From positions 245 through 64,244 of the IMG/VR virus record IMGVR_UViG_3300047481_000568: a stretch of 64,000 nt of DNA; one strand, 5' to 3'. Each line of letters opens with the position of its first letter. Positions within the stretch are counted from its first letter, which is position 1. A program made the translations under genes and the position numbers. This DNA comes from a virus. Taxonomy: Duplodnaviria > Caudoviricetes. The notes beneath the pieces are model-generated. The model saw only the letters and a program-made list of their open reading frames with translations, was not told the origin of the DNA and made no database searches. This document shows positions 53,727-63,017 of this stretch, in pieces.

Positions 53727-54896
53727 TTACGCACTGTATTCTTTGCCGTGGTACATAGCCCAACCATCGTAAATTGGAATTACTTCGTAAGCAAACTTAT
53801 GTGCTCCAGTGTCTTCATAGGTGACAATACCAAGACCCTGTTGCCAATTTTCGTAACGAGTCAATGGTCGTCCGTCTAGATCTACGCCACCTTTAGTAGA
53901 AGGGATAGCGCCATCAATACGAGCGAGACAACCAGGCGACGCCGCCATGATCGTGCGAGGACCGTCAAAGTCTTCTCTAGTTTTATAAGCAGTTTCAATT
54001 CTGTGAATGTGTCCATAAATTACGCTCGTTTTCTCCGCATTTAAATAAACGTGTGCTGTTGATCCTGATGATTTAACTCTATCTCCATGTATTACTCGTA
54101 ATTTTTCATTAATCCAAAAATCCGATGCTGGATAACCAGGACGGTACTCAACACCAAATTCATCCATTCTGCATAGATAGGGAACACTTAATACTGGCCA
54201 AGATTCTGGAATGTTTCCTTTTCTTAAACCGTATGCGGCTCCAGCATTGGTAAGCAAGTACTTAGGCATTCTTTCTTCGTGGTTACCTGCCAGCCAAACA
54301 ATTTGTGCGTTGGGAGCAGCGCTTCGCATCTCTGCACAAAAAGCAGTTGCTCTATCAATTGATGCTTGTGTTGTTTGTGCGTACGCTGGGTATGTAAGAT
54401 ACTTCCCCATTTCCGGCAAATCTAAATTGTCACCAACACAAACGATCACGTCTGGCTTTACTGTTTTTATTATTGCCAACGAAACAGAAATTGCTTTCTC
54501 ATCATGAGTGGCTTCTAATTCTCCAGACCTTCCACGATAGAAACCTATTTGCAAATCAGGAACAACAACGCATGTTTTAAATCCAGTAGCTGGTTTAGAT
54601 GATGCTTTATTTACTGGAATTTTAAAAGATGGTCCTTGTTTTACTAAAGGCCACTCTGGACCAATTTCCCATTTAGGAGACAATTGAACAACAACTGTTT
54701 CTTGAGTTTGTGGTTCACCTTCTTTATCTTTAGAGAAGCGTTGTGTAACAGTAACCTTTTTAAGGTCACCTATTTCAGATACATCAATGTCTTTTTCAAG
54801 CAACACATCTGCTAAAGAACTAATCAATTTATCTTTGCGTTGTTTCTTTTCTTGTTCAGACGTAATATTAGTTAATTTGCTCTGTAGGTTACTCAT
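53727..54896 (-). CDS. calcineurin-like metallophosphoesterase
   Basis: PDLQ, GDNLD, GNHE, HG, GHIHR. Confidence 0.88.
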   Translation of the reverse strand: MSNLQSKLTNITSEQEKKQRKDKLISSLADVLLEKDIDVSEIGDLKKVTVTQRFSKDKEGEPQTQETVVVQLSPKWEIGPEWPLVKQGPSFKIPVNKASSKPATGFKTCVVVPDLQIGFYRGRSGELEATHDEKAISVSLAIIKTVKPDVIVCVGDNLDLPEMGKYLTYPAYAQTTQASIDRATAFCAEMRSAAPNAQIVWLAGNHEERMPKYLLTNAGAAYGLRKGNIPESWPVLSVPYLCRMDEFGVEYRPGYPASDFWINEKLRVIHGDRVKSSGSTAHVYLNAEKTSVIYGHIHRIETAYKTREDFDGPRTIMAASPGCLARIDGAIPSTKGGVDLDGRPLTRYENWQQGLGIVTYEDTGAHKFAYEVIPIYDGWAMYHGKEYSA

Positions 54897-55186
54897 TGTT
54901 TTTTCTCCAAGTTATTAGGGAAGCATAAACATTGGTCATCTGTTCCCGCTTTAAAACAATGACGTTTATGGTTGAGTGTGGTTCTTGATATTGAAAATCC
55001 TTCTGTAATTAATGCTTTATGTATTTGGCTTGTTGAAGCTGGGCTTTGTAATGCAGTTATAAAAGCCTGCGCTGTTTCTTTGTCCAATCGTTTGTGGATC
55101 TTACCCAATGGACAAGGTGCTTCAACCTCTTGCGACATCACTGCTAATTTTGAAAGCAGTGTTTTTTCTTGCGTACCTTTGGTCAT
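54893..55186 (-). CDS. small Cys/His-containing HTH-like protein
   Basis: C...ISRTTLNHKRHC...CLC; coupled to the phosphoesterase gene. Confidence 0.65.
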   Translation of the reverse strand: MTKGTQEKTLLSKLAVMSQEVEAPCPLGKIHKRLDKETAQAFITALQSPASTSQIHKALITEGFSISRTTLNHKRHCFKAGTDDQCLCFPNNLEKKQ

Positions 55187-55326
55187 TTTGTTTCCTTTTT
55201 GGCCAACCTGTTTTTCTTTTCCAACAACAGCTTGTCTATCAAGTTTACTAACGTTTCTTCTTCCATTTTTCCTGGATAGACTTTTCGTAAAAAGTAAACA
55301 ATTAGATCAATGTCTGAAACCCGCAT
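55183..55326 (-). CDS. hypothetical protein (47 aa)
   Basis: Read by hand: MRVSDIDLIVYFLRKVYPG...; ATGA coupling downstream. Confidence 0.65.
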   Translation of the reverse strand: MRVSDIDLIVYFLRKVYPGKMEEETLVNLIDKLLLEKKNRLAKKETK

Positions 55327-55332
55327 ATAGGC

Positions 55333-55361
55333 ATACTATCAACTCAATGACGTGCCGTCAA
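55333..55361 (-). promoter_or_regulatory. sigma70-type promoter, leaderless geometry
   Basis: TTGACG-N17-TAGTAT-N6-ATG. Confidence 0.7.
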
Positions 55362-55377
55362 CAAAGTGCTGTAATGT

Positions 55378-56145
55378 CTACTTTAGGCCTAGGAGTTCTT
55401 TTACCTTTGGACCAACAACAGAGTCGGCGTTAAGTTTGTTTGCAACCTTGAATGCTTTAACAGCTTCTTGGGTCTTTGGACCAAGATCTCCATCAATTGC
55501 GCCATTGTAAAACCCTTTATCTTTAAGAGCTTGTTGAAGTGCCTTATTTGCATCTTGAGGAGCCTCAGTTGCTGGGGCTGCTACCGCATTTGCTGCAGGT
55601 GCTGGTTGCCCATTAGCAAAAGCAACTACTGCTGGAGGTGGAGTATCACCACATACATAGCGCAAATGCCAGGGTTCCGAGGGAACCACTTCCCATGAAA
55701 ATCCAAAATCTTTGACGTTGGCAATCAGCCAATTAAGACGCTTTGGTTCTCCTGCTGAATGCACATCAACAGCAATACCAAGATTATGGTTTGACTTTCC
55801 CGGAGTGGCAAGCATTGCCATACCCTTTTTTAAATACCAGGTTTTTCCTTCAAATGATTTTGTGCTTGTTCCTGCAATCGGTTCCAAAACGTAGCGCTGC
55901 TTAAAACCCGCCAATTGCGACTCGTAAGAGCGATAGAGGTCGCCCGATGATGTCGGCTTGAGTTCAAGTCCGTCTGCTTTGGCTTTGGCGACCATCGCGT
56001 TCCATGCGTTTGCTGCAAGCCAGTGGAGTTTTCCTCCTCCTGGGATTGGTCTAAGTAAAGATTCGGGCAGTTTTCCAGGGTCAACTCCTTTAAGGTCGGC
56101 AGGCATCTTGATTGGAACAATGTAATTCCATGCAACTTTACTCAT
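55378..56145 (-). CDS. endolysin: M15 (VanY-like) peptidase + C-terminal peptidoglycan-binding domain
   Basis: YRSY..Q, PG.SNHNLG.AVD, EPWH; LQ..L...G......DG..GP.T..AV..F. Confidence 0.9.
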   Translation of the reverse strand: MSKVAWNYIVPIKMPADLKGVDPGKLPESLLRPIPGGGKLHWLAANAWNAMVAKAKADGLELKPTSSGDLYRSYESQLAGFKQRYVLEPIAGTSTKSFEGKTWYLKKGMAMLATPGKSNHNLGIAVDVHSAGEPKRLNWLIANVKDFGFSWEVVPSEPWHLRYVCGDTPPPAVVAFANGQPAPAANAVAAPATEAPQDANKALQQALKDKGFYNGAIDGDLGPKTQEAVKAFKVANKLNADSVVGPKVKELLGLK

Positions 56146-56444
56146 TGTACATCCTTTGTTTTAGATTTAACTGGTTTCTTTGATTCTTCTTTTACTTCAG
56201 AATCCTTGCCGTCAACTTTGTTAAAAACATCATTAATTTCTGAAAGCGTAAGTTTTCCGTCATCTAGGAAAGAACGAGACAATCCTTCTACAACAAAAGC
56301 AACACCAGCGATACCAGCCATAAAACAAGCCTTCCACAAAGGCACTCCAGCAATTGCGCCTGCACCAATTACACCCAAACCAGATGCGGCAAAAGTTGCA
56401 AGTATTCTAAGAAGAACATTAATAAACAAATCTTTATTTTTCAT
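56142..56444 (-). CDS. holin-like membrane protein
   Basis: Two TM segments, DDGKL...EI motif, charged tail; adjacent to endolysin. Confidence 0.7.
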   Translation of the reverse strand: MKNKDLFINVLLRILATFAASGLGVIGAGAIAGVPLWKACFMAGIAGVAFVVEGLSRSFLDDGKLTLSEINDVFNKVDGKDSEVKEESKKPVKSKTKDVQ

Positions 56445-56646
56445 AAGCGTGCCAATCTATGTGTTTATCTAGTTTCTTTCCTACTTTTTTGACGCTCTTT
56501 GTCAACACTTTCATTTCCTCCATGACCTTGTTGTGGTCATCTCTATTCGTTTTTGAAAGGGTGCCCAAAATCTTTATTACCCAACCAATTCCTGTAGCCA
56601 AGACAGGAATGGATGCGGCGATAACTATTGCCCAGGCGTCAGTCAT
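56434..56646 (-). CDS. single-TM coiled-coil protein of the lysis cassette
   Basis: N-terminal TM; NRDDH...LDKHIDWH. Confidence 0.65.
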   Translation of the reverse strand: MTDAWAIVIAASIPVLATGIGWVIKILGTLSKTNRDDHNKVMEEMKVLTKSVKKVGKKLDKHIDWHAYEK

Positions 56647-57808
56647 TGCCCAATTGCTTCCTTGACGGTTTGCGACTGATAGAAACTGATGTTGTTCGTG
56701 CGTATTTTTTTGGAATTCCAGTAGGAGAACCTACTGGGGCATCTGGATCAAGTGGTCGTACAAAACTAGATGGACCAGCTTTGTAATTAGATTCTCTAAA
56801 TGCTGGAGTTAATTTGTGACGCAACAACCCCACTTGTCCACCATACCCAAGTTCTTCGTCAAGAAATCTGGAATCACTTGCGTCTGCATCGTAAGACTTA
56901 AAAGTTCCTCTATTACCATGGGAATCTTGCATTGTCCAAGTATTTGGTTTTACTTGGCTTGGCGTTGCCCATACTGGTGCTTGTGCTGTTTTCCCAGCGC
57001 CTACTCGTTGTTGCACCCGTTTGACAGGGGTTTGCTCGCTGATACTCCCCGTTTCAATATAATTTTTAGGGTTGTCAGCGTCAAATTCTTTTTCACCAGG
57101 GCGAAGTACTCTGTTCATTGTTCTCTTTGTGTAATTAGTGTGCGTCAACATTGGTACCATTTTAGCTGCGCCGATTGCTTCAGGATCTTTTTTCCCTAAA
57201 CCAGATAGATCATGAATAAAAGGACCAGCAAGTGTTGTTGAAGGCAAGTGCACATCGGACCACATATTAAAACGAATAGCGGGAACTAATCCTTCTGCGC
57301 GTGCTGCGCTTGCACCCTTACGAGCCTGCATGATTGTAAGTGCTCCTGCAAATTGTGGGTTTTCTGCCCAATATGCAGAACGAATCTTTTGCGCTCTAAT
57401 TACAGCATTATCTTTTCCTTCTTTGTGAATGCCTCCATGACCACTTTCTGCATTGCACAGTTTTTCGCATTCTGCTGTTTTGCAACCAGCGCACGCATCA
57501 AATATCCCACTGGTGTCAGCGTGTGCTAAAGACACTCCCATTTCGTGAACTACATTAATTTTAGAATTTGGATGAGTTGCATTTTTAGCTATTTTTGCGT
57601 TGAATGCATCATCGTCAGGGTCCATGCCACTAACCATGGTTAGACCTTTGCCACCAGGTTTGTTATAGCCAGGAATTATTTTAGAAGTTTTAAATTTATT
57701 CCAATCCTTAAAAACAGCCTGTCGGCTATTTCTTGTTGACATTGCTTGGTTGTATTCAGATTCAGACACTGAGTTTATGATGTCTGTTAGCGACGGTAAC
57801 TTAGCCAT
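56639..57808 (-). CDS. Gp88-like Cys-cluster protein
   Basis: C..C....C...C, RFN..SD, YTK motifs; start refined to MAKLPS after GGGAG. Confidence 0.55.
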   Translation of the reverse strand: MAKLPSLTDIINSVSESEYNQAMSTRNSRQAVFKDWNKFKTSKIIPGYNKPGGKGLTMVSGMDPDDDAFNAKIAKNATHPNSKINVVHEMGVSLAHADTSGIFDACAGCKTAECEKLCNAESGHGGIHKEGKDNAVIRAQKIRSAYWAENPQFAGALTIMQARKGASAARAEGLVPAIRFNMWSDVHLPSTTLAGPFIHDLSGLGKKDPEAIGAAKMVPMLTHTNYTKRTMNRVLRPGEKEFDADNPKNYIETGSISEQTPVKRVQQRVGAGKTAQAPVWATPSQVKPNTWTMQDSHGNRGTFKSYDADASDSRFLDEELGYGGQVGLLRHKLTPAFRESNYKAGPSSFVRPLDPDAPVGSPTGIPKKYARTTSVSISRKPSRKQLGND

Positions 57809-57812
57809 GGTG

Positions 57813-58346
57813 TTAACTCCCGTAGTCGTATTTGTCTTTGCGACCTTTTTCAACGTGCAATGCACGCCTACGAAGATCGGTTTCTTTGCTCAATCGTCCT
57901 TCTTCTTCTGGTCGCTCAACATCACGAACACCCGAATCCAAATGCGGAGACTGTGTACCAAATGCGGAATCAACTGGGTCCATGGGTTCTTCTGAGAACT
58001 GTTGATTAGATAGAGCAGTTGGCTGCAAACCCGAACCCGCTAAATTCTTTGGCATAGCATAGCCAGTTGGTTGATAAACCGAAACACCAAGTGTATTCTT
58101 CAAATACGAGTTAAGTACAAACGGGTGTCGTCGTTCCCGTAGTTCAGCAGATGCTGGTGGGGTGCGCAAAACAAGGGTTTGAAAAATACCTTTTCTGCTT
58201 TTGTAACCACGTGGGTTATACGCACCTGAAGGACTTAACCCGTAACGGGGCGCAATACTTTCAGATAGTTCCTGCGTTCCTGTGAGACCGCTGTCTCCAG
58301 ATTCAAGACCGCCGGACTCAGATGCGGAAGCTGTTCCGCCTTCCAT
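57813..58346 (-). CDS. hypothetical low-complexity protein
   Basis: ORF track. Confidence 0.75.
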   Translation of the reverse strand: MEGGTASASESGGLESGDSGLTGTQELSESIAPRYGLSPSGAYNPRGYKSRKGIFQTLVLRTPPASAELRERRHPFVLNSYLKNTLGVSVYQPTGYAMPKNLAGSGLQPTALSNQQFSEEPMDPVDSAFGTQSPHLDSGVRDVERPEEEGRLSKETDLRRRALHVEKGRKDKYDYGS

Positions 58347-58348
58347 TG

Positions 58349-58756
58349 TTAGTCGCTAACAACAGTTACGTTTGGACGGTTCATGTGGCCACCGCTGTTG
58401 TAGGAATACTCCCACTTCGGCATGTCGTCGCCAGCCATAGCACCTTCCACAAACTCGCTAAGCACCGATGGTGCTTCAACCCACGAAGCCGAACCTACGT
58501 GTGCACGCTCGCGCATAGTATCTGCGGCATGCTTATAGAACATCTCAGGGTTGTTTTGGTTCATTCGCATTGGCGATGGAGCTGTGTCCTCGTATGCGCC
58601 TTTGGCAAAATCGTTTGGAACGTCGGTGTCTGTAGCAACGCCTTCTTCAAAGCGAAGCGGACCCTTGTTGCCTGGAATGCTTGGGGCGTACTCGCCTTCA
58701 AACATAATTTCGTTACGACCTGTTTCTGGGAACATAGGTGCTGGTGATACTGTCAT
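58349..58756 (-). CDS. hypothetical protein (GPLRFEEG.ATDTDVP motif)
   Basis: ORF track; AAGGAG RBS. Confidence 0.8.
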   Translation of the reverse strand: MTVSPAPMFPETGRNEIMFEGEYAPSIPGNKGPLRFEEGVATDTDVPNDFAKGAYEDTAPSPMRMNQNNPEMFYKHAADTMRERAHVGSASWVEAPSVLSEFVEGAMAGDDMPKWEYSYNSGGHMNRPNVTVVSD

Positions 58757-58796
58757 GTGTCACTCCTTAGAGTTAATCGGATATTAAAGAATACCA

Positions 58797-60353
58797 TTAT
58801 TTAAAGAACGGGTTTTCCCCAACTTGGATTGTAGGCATGGTGTCATGCAGGGTTGTAGAACATGCCAAAGCAAGGGAATCTGGGTAGTCGTCAAAAGCTC
58901 CTTTTTCGTCAGGGGCTTCTGCCAACATATACGGACCTTTGTAAACTTTTTCCAAATCGTTCATTTGTTGGTTAAATCGTTTCCACATTTTAGTGCGTCG
59001 GGCTTTAGAATGCCCAGGAATAATAAGTTGTTCTCTTTGGATTAATTCGGTCAAATGCACCCATCGTTCATTTTGGCTTTTTGAGTCAGATGGTGTAGCC
59101 GTTACTTCTATGTGGGGCAAAAGGATTTGAAGACGTTCGGCAACCGCACCACCAACACCTTGGGCATCTACAGCAACTTTACAAACTTCATAATTACGCA
59201 AAAAATCAACAATTTGAAAGTATTGACTTTCCCATTCTTGGTCGTTTATTTCTAACCAATTTAAAATTCTGTGTTCATAGAAACCAAACGGATCTGGATG
59301 GTCCCAATCCACCCACACGACAGTCACTACCGTAGAGTCATTAGAACGAGCAACGTCAATTCCGGCAACTACAGGTGTTCTCCACCATTGTTTAACCAAC
59401 GGCATAGACGGTTCATACAGTCTTTCCATGCGCTCTTCGGTGACAAACATACCTTTTTCAAGCATCCAACGATTGCAGTAGGACATTTGAAATTCATCAG
59501 AATCTTCACCAATTCGTAGTTTTTCTTTGGCAATAAACTTTAGGTAGTTCTGGTTGTACTTGGAAGCAACTTTCCAGTCGTATTCAAAATGACAGTCTCT
59601 CATGCTCCTTTTACTGCTGGTCATTCGTCGTTTGTTGTATTGAATCATCTTGTAGAAATACGATTTGGTTCGGGAAGCAGTACCAGTTAGCATGATGCTT
59701 CCGTTGTTAAACGCCAACATCGGTTTAATAGATTTGGCAATCACGTATTCGTCAGCTTCTTGAGCCTCGTCAATTAACACAAAGTGATACGTTTTAGATT
59801 CAATCTTGGCTTTGGGGTTACAGGTTTGCATACGGCACAACGACCCAGCATTCTTTAACGCCAGAATTTTTCCCTTACCTCGTGTGCCACCAGCCTTGGT
59901 ACTGTCGTCAATTTCTGGATCTAACAAGAATGTCAAAGCATGGTCTGATGTCAAACGATTAACTATGCGACTAAACACCGTGTCGGCTTGGTCTTCAACG
60001 GGAGCAAATACACCGCACCAAAAACCCTTACTGAACTTAGACAACCATGTTGGATATACAGGAGCTAACTTTGGAAGAATGACCATCATGGATGCAAGCA
60101 CATTAGAAATGACTTCTGATTTACCGCTTTGGCGAGTTGCAACTAGCGTTATTTCTTCGCCGTCACCCAGCACAATAGATTCAATTACACGATAAGCAAT
60201 TGGAATTTGATAGGGAAAAAACTCAACATCACAGAATTGTTCTGTGAACAATACCAGTTTTGTGACGAGTTGCTCTACAAACTCAGCCGAGGTTTCGTCT
60301 AATTCTTCAACTAAATCCTCTGGTAATTGTTCGTCAATTAGTGTTTCGCTCAT
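58797..60353 (-). CDS. terL: terminase large subunit
   Basis: FPYQ, RQSGKS (Walker A), LIDEAQ (Walker B), TGT, GIDVA...DSTV, DDYPDSLALA. Confidence 0.95.
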   Translation of the reverse strand: MSETLIDEQLPEDLVEELDETSAEFVEQLVTKLVLFTEQFCDVEFFPYQIPIAYRVIESIVLGDGEEITLVATRQSGKSEVISNVLASMMVILPKLAPVYPTWLSKFSKGFWCGVFAPVEDQADTVFSRIVNRLTSDHALTFLLDPEIDDSTKAGGTRGKGKILALKNAGSLCRMQTCNPKAKIESKTYHFVLIDEAQEADEYVIAKSIKPMLAFNNGSIMLTGTASRTKSYFYKMIQYNKRRMTSSKRSMRDCHFEYDWKVASKYNQNYLKFIAKEKLRIGEDSDEFQMSYCNRWMLEKGMFVTEERMERLYEPSMPLVKQWWRTPVVAGIDVARSNDSTVVTVVWVDWDHPDPFGFYEHRILNWLEINDQEWESQYFQIVDFLRNYEVCKVAVDAQGVGGAVAERLQILLPHIEVTATPSDSKSQNERWVHLTELIQREQLIIPGHSKARRTKMWKRFNQQMNDLEKVYKGPYMLAEAPDEKGAFDDYPDSLALACSTTLHDTMPTIQVGENPFFK

Positions 60354-60368
60354 TCATACAAGGATACA

Positions 60369-60620
60369 CTACATCTCAAATAACGATAGTTGGTCCGGAT
60401 GAACTTCTGTTGGGCGCACTAGTCCTTTGTGGTATTCATAAAGATCTTCAACGCAAATTAAAAAATTGTAAAGGTCGTCAACGTCAGCAATCAAACGGTA
60501 ATCTTCTCGTTTAATTATGTTGTTGCGAGGAAACGATCCAATATCGTTTGCCATCTTTCGTAACATAGTTACGACTTTGTCCATTTTTAGTTCTTCTGGT
60601 GATCTACATGTGTCGGTCAT
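60369..60620 (-). CDS. hypothetical protein with C-terminal QLSLF motif
   Basis: Start refined to MTDTCR after GAGGA. Confidence 0.7.
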   Translation of the reverse strand: MTDTCRSPEELKMDKVVTMLRKMANDIGSFPRNNIIKREDYRLIADVDDLYNFLICVEDLYEYHKGLVRPTEVHPDQLSLFEM

Positions 60621-60858
60621 TTTTCCTCTTTTCAATTTCCGACCATACCACAGCAATAGCTTCTATGCATGAAGCAACCTCCGCTGATGGCGCATCTTTA
60701 AAGCGCCAATTATCAAAGGAAGCGCCCAAAGACATAATGGAATTATCCATCCATGTATACAAAGATGAAGTATCTAATCTCTCCGCACGAAGTTGTGCAC
60801 GAGTTCTTTCTTTTTCCTCAGTCAGCAACTTAGTAGTTTTGAACAATCTCAACGCCAA
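60604..60858 (-). CDS. hypothetical protein
   Basis: ORF track; GGAG RBS, TTG start. Confidence 0.7.
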   Translation of the reverse strand: MALRLFKTTKLLTEEKERTRAQLRAERLDTSSLYTWMDNSIMSLGASFDNWRFKDAPSAEVASCIEAIAVVWSEIEKRKNDRHM

Positions 60859-61124
60859 TCTCCAATCTCACTAGTAGGTGTTGTCATCATCCTACCTTCA
60901 AGAACGCTTAGCGTCCCTTCTTCTTCATCTGTAAACTTTCGTTTTTTACAAACACCAACTTGTGTAATGTACTTTCCTGTTTTAATTTGAATCCCTTTTC
61001 CAACACGCCAATAGCCTCCCAGTTCACGAAGCCAACCAATAGCTAATTTAGGTGTTGAACTGGTTGCAGTATCACGAACTATCCAATAGACAAACCAAAA
61101 ACCGTAAACCGTGTTGATAGCCAT
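60849..61124 (-). CDS. hypothetical protein
   Basis: Start refined to MAINTV; TAGGCT-N7-ATG. Confidence 0.7.
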   Translation of the reverse strand: MAINTVYGFWFVYWIVRDTATSSTPKLAIGWLRELGGYWRVGKGIQIKTGKYITQVGVCKKRKFTDEEEGTLSVLEGRMMTTPTSEIGDWR

Positions 61125-61140
61125 GTTGTGTAGCCTAGCG

Positions 61141-61743
61141 CTATTGTTGCTGTGGTATTCCAGTACCCGATTCATAATCTTCTTCTGAAAGAGGATTAGC
61201 CTTAGGAATTCCTGGGATTGGAGGAACGTTCCCGTAATCACCTTTTTGAATTTTTGCACCAAACGGAGTGGCTGATGGGTTTTTAAATTTATCCATGTCT
61301 GTTGTGTACCCACCAGAAAGTCCAGACGTGTTTATAGTTTTTCCTTTAGACAAAGCGGTCATAAACCGTTTTGCAACAAACGCTGGAACATTGTTAAAAA
61401 CGTAATAAGGTCCATTTTTCCTGCCTGCTTGTCCTCTCCAAGTTACATAAATGTCACCATTTAACGTTTGTTTATCAAAAAAGTATTGAGCATTTAAGAT
61501 TCTTGTGCTACTTGTACCATTAGTATTTGCCCCTAAGTTTTTAAGGTCGTGACCATTGTTTGGTGTTTGGTCTGTTGCTGCCCACTGTTCAAAGCGTTCT
61601 TTTTCACCTTGAATTACATCCTTAGTTTCTGGAGTTGATTTGGCAAAAGCTTCTTGAGCATCTTTGTATTGTGCGGTAGACGAGAGGCTTTGTTTAACGC
61701 GAGCACGTGCCTCTCGTGATATTCCTCTTGGTGGTCTAGCCAT
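61141..61743 (-). CDS. KTSC-domain-like protein
   Basis: STRI..AQY...IYVTW...YVFNNVP......F..A.SKGK.IN. Confidence 0.75.
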   Translation of the reverse strand: MARPPRGISREARARVKQSLSSTAQYKDAQEAFAKSTPETKDVIQGEKERFEQWAATDQTPNNGHDLKNLGANTNGTSSTRILNAQYFFDKQTLNGDIYVTWRGQAGRKNGPYYVFNNVPAFVAKRFMTALSKGKTINTSGLSGGYTTDMDKFKNPSATPFGAKIQKGDYGNVPPIPGIPKANPLSEEDYESGTGIPQQQ

Positions 61744-61763
61744 GGCTCATATTATAGAATAAA

Positions 61764-62846
61764 CTACAAGGCTAGTATTTTAAGCATTACCTTGTGCCAA
61801 TCGGCACCAGTTTGGGTCATTGTAAAGTTTTCTTTTAGTATTTCATAATTGACGTCGGCTTCGTCTTTGCGAAGTTGTGGATTGATTAATTCCTTTAAAT
61901 GGTATTGCCATTCTTCAGCACTCCGAGCCACTCTGCCAATACCAGCGTTCGCTAGATACTCGTACTCCGGAGAATAGGAAGATACAAAAGGTACTCCAGA
62001 AGCAGCGTATTCAAGTCCTTTTATGTAGGACTTAGCGTGGTTAAAAGGTAAATCATTAAGAGGAACAATTCCAATGTCTATCTTGTTAAACAATTTAGGG
62101 TATTCCCTAATTGGACATAATGGAGTATCCGTGCATCGTTGTTTATCTATTTTTAGCTGCTCCCTAGCTAAGGGCGAATTTCTAGTATGACCAGAATGAT
62201 GAAACAATAAGTTGTTTTTCTTCATAAATGGTCCAATCCAAGAGGACAAAGTTTCTAAGTCTCTAGACCTCCATGGAGTTGCGCCCACCCAACCAATTGT
62301 CGGTCTACTAGCTGCTCTATCTTTTCTACGCACCCACCGAGGTAGATCAATACCGTTTCGTACAAGGTAAACGTTTTTGTATTTTGCTTTGTAGTAATCG
62401 TACAAAAATGGTGTTGATGTTACTATTGCGTCTGCTTGAGCAATAATAGAGTTGTAATGATCCCGATTATTTTCTGAATTTCTTTTTGGGTCAGTAACAG
62501 CATAAGCTTGATTAGTCTCGTCTAAACCATCAAAGAAGTCGTCAATATCTACAACTATTTTTTGACCAAGGGCCTTAGCAATCGGCATTGCTGATGCCAC
62601 TTCTTTTCTCATAAGAAGTTTGAACACCAAAATATCCCAACCATGTACGGCTTGGTTCTCATTCAAAATCATTCCAAAACCGTGTTCTTTATTAAATTGT
62701 GGCAAACCGATACCAGCACGCCAACCATGTTTTTCTAATTCGCGCATTGGCAATAAACATCTATACCAAGCACATCCGTTAGGCTGTAATGGTTTTGTTC
62801 CGAATGCCCAATCGTGTGTTAAAAATCCTATTGTGTTCCGTCTCAT
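61764..62846 (-). CDS. GT-B (family 4-like) glycosyltransferase
   Basis: YRC..P, VDIDD, ADAI.TSTP.L, IGWVG, DIGIVPL...FN..KS.IK.LEY.A.GVP. Confidence 0.88.
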   Translation of the reverse strand: MRRNTIGFLTHDWAFGTKPLQPNGCAWYRCLLPMRELEKHGWRAGIGLPQFNKEHGFGMILNENQAVHGWDILVFKLLMRKEVASAMPIAKALGQKIVVDIDDFFDGLDETNQAYAVTDPKRNSENNRDHYNSIIAQADAIVTSTPFLYDYYKAKYKNVYLVRNGIDLPRWVRRKDRAASRPTIGWVGATPWRSRDLETLSSWIGPFMKKNNLLFHHSGHTRNSPLAREQLKIDKQRCTDTPLCPIREYPKLFNKIDIGIVPLNDLPFNHAKSYIKGLEYAASGVPFVSSYSPEYEYLANAGIGRVARSAEEWQYHLKELINPQLRKDEADVNYEILKENFTMTQTGADWHKVMLKILAL

Positions 62847-62852
62847 GTACCT

Positions 62853-63017
62853 TTATTCGTCTTTAGATAAATATGCACTTCCTAGCGAGAGCACTATAGC
62901 AGCAACACTGATCCAAATGCCAGTTGTACGAGTACTTCCAGATAGGGTTATCAACACCAACCCGGTTCCGGCTAGGGTCCAAATTAGACCTTTTAATTCT
63001 TTTTTAACATTTTCCAT
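62853..63017 (-). CDS. small two-TM protein (54 aa)
   Basis: Read by hand: MENVKKELKGLIWTLAGTGLVLITLSGSTR...; GGAG RBS. Confidence 0.7.
   Translation of the reverse strand: MENVKKELKGLIWTLAGTGLVLITLSGSTRTTGIWISVAAIVLSLGSAYLSKDE

Noticed and set aside
14896-55378. Plus-strand TGTAATGTC copies (near 14896, 33488, 48083, 55370) as early promoters
   Set aside because: Opposite orientation, mostly within genes, and no matching -35 box noticed
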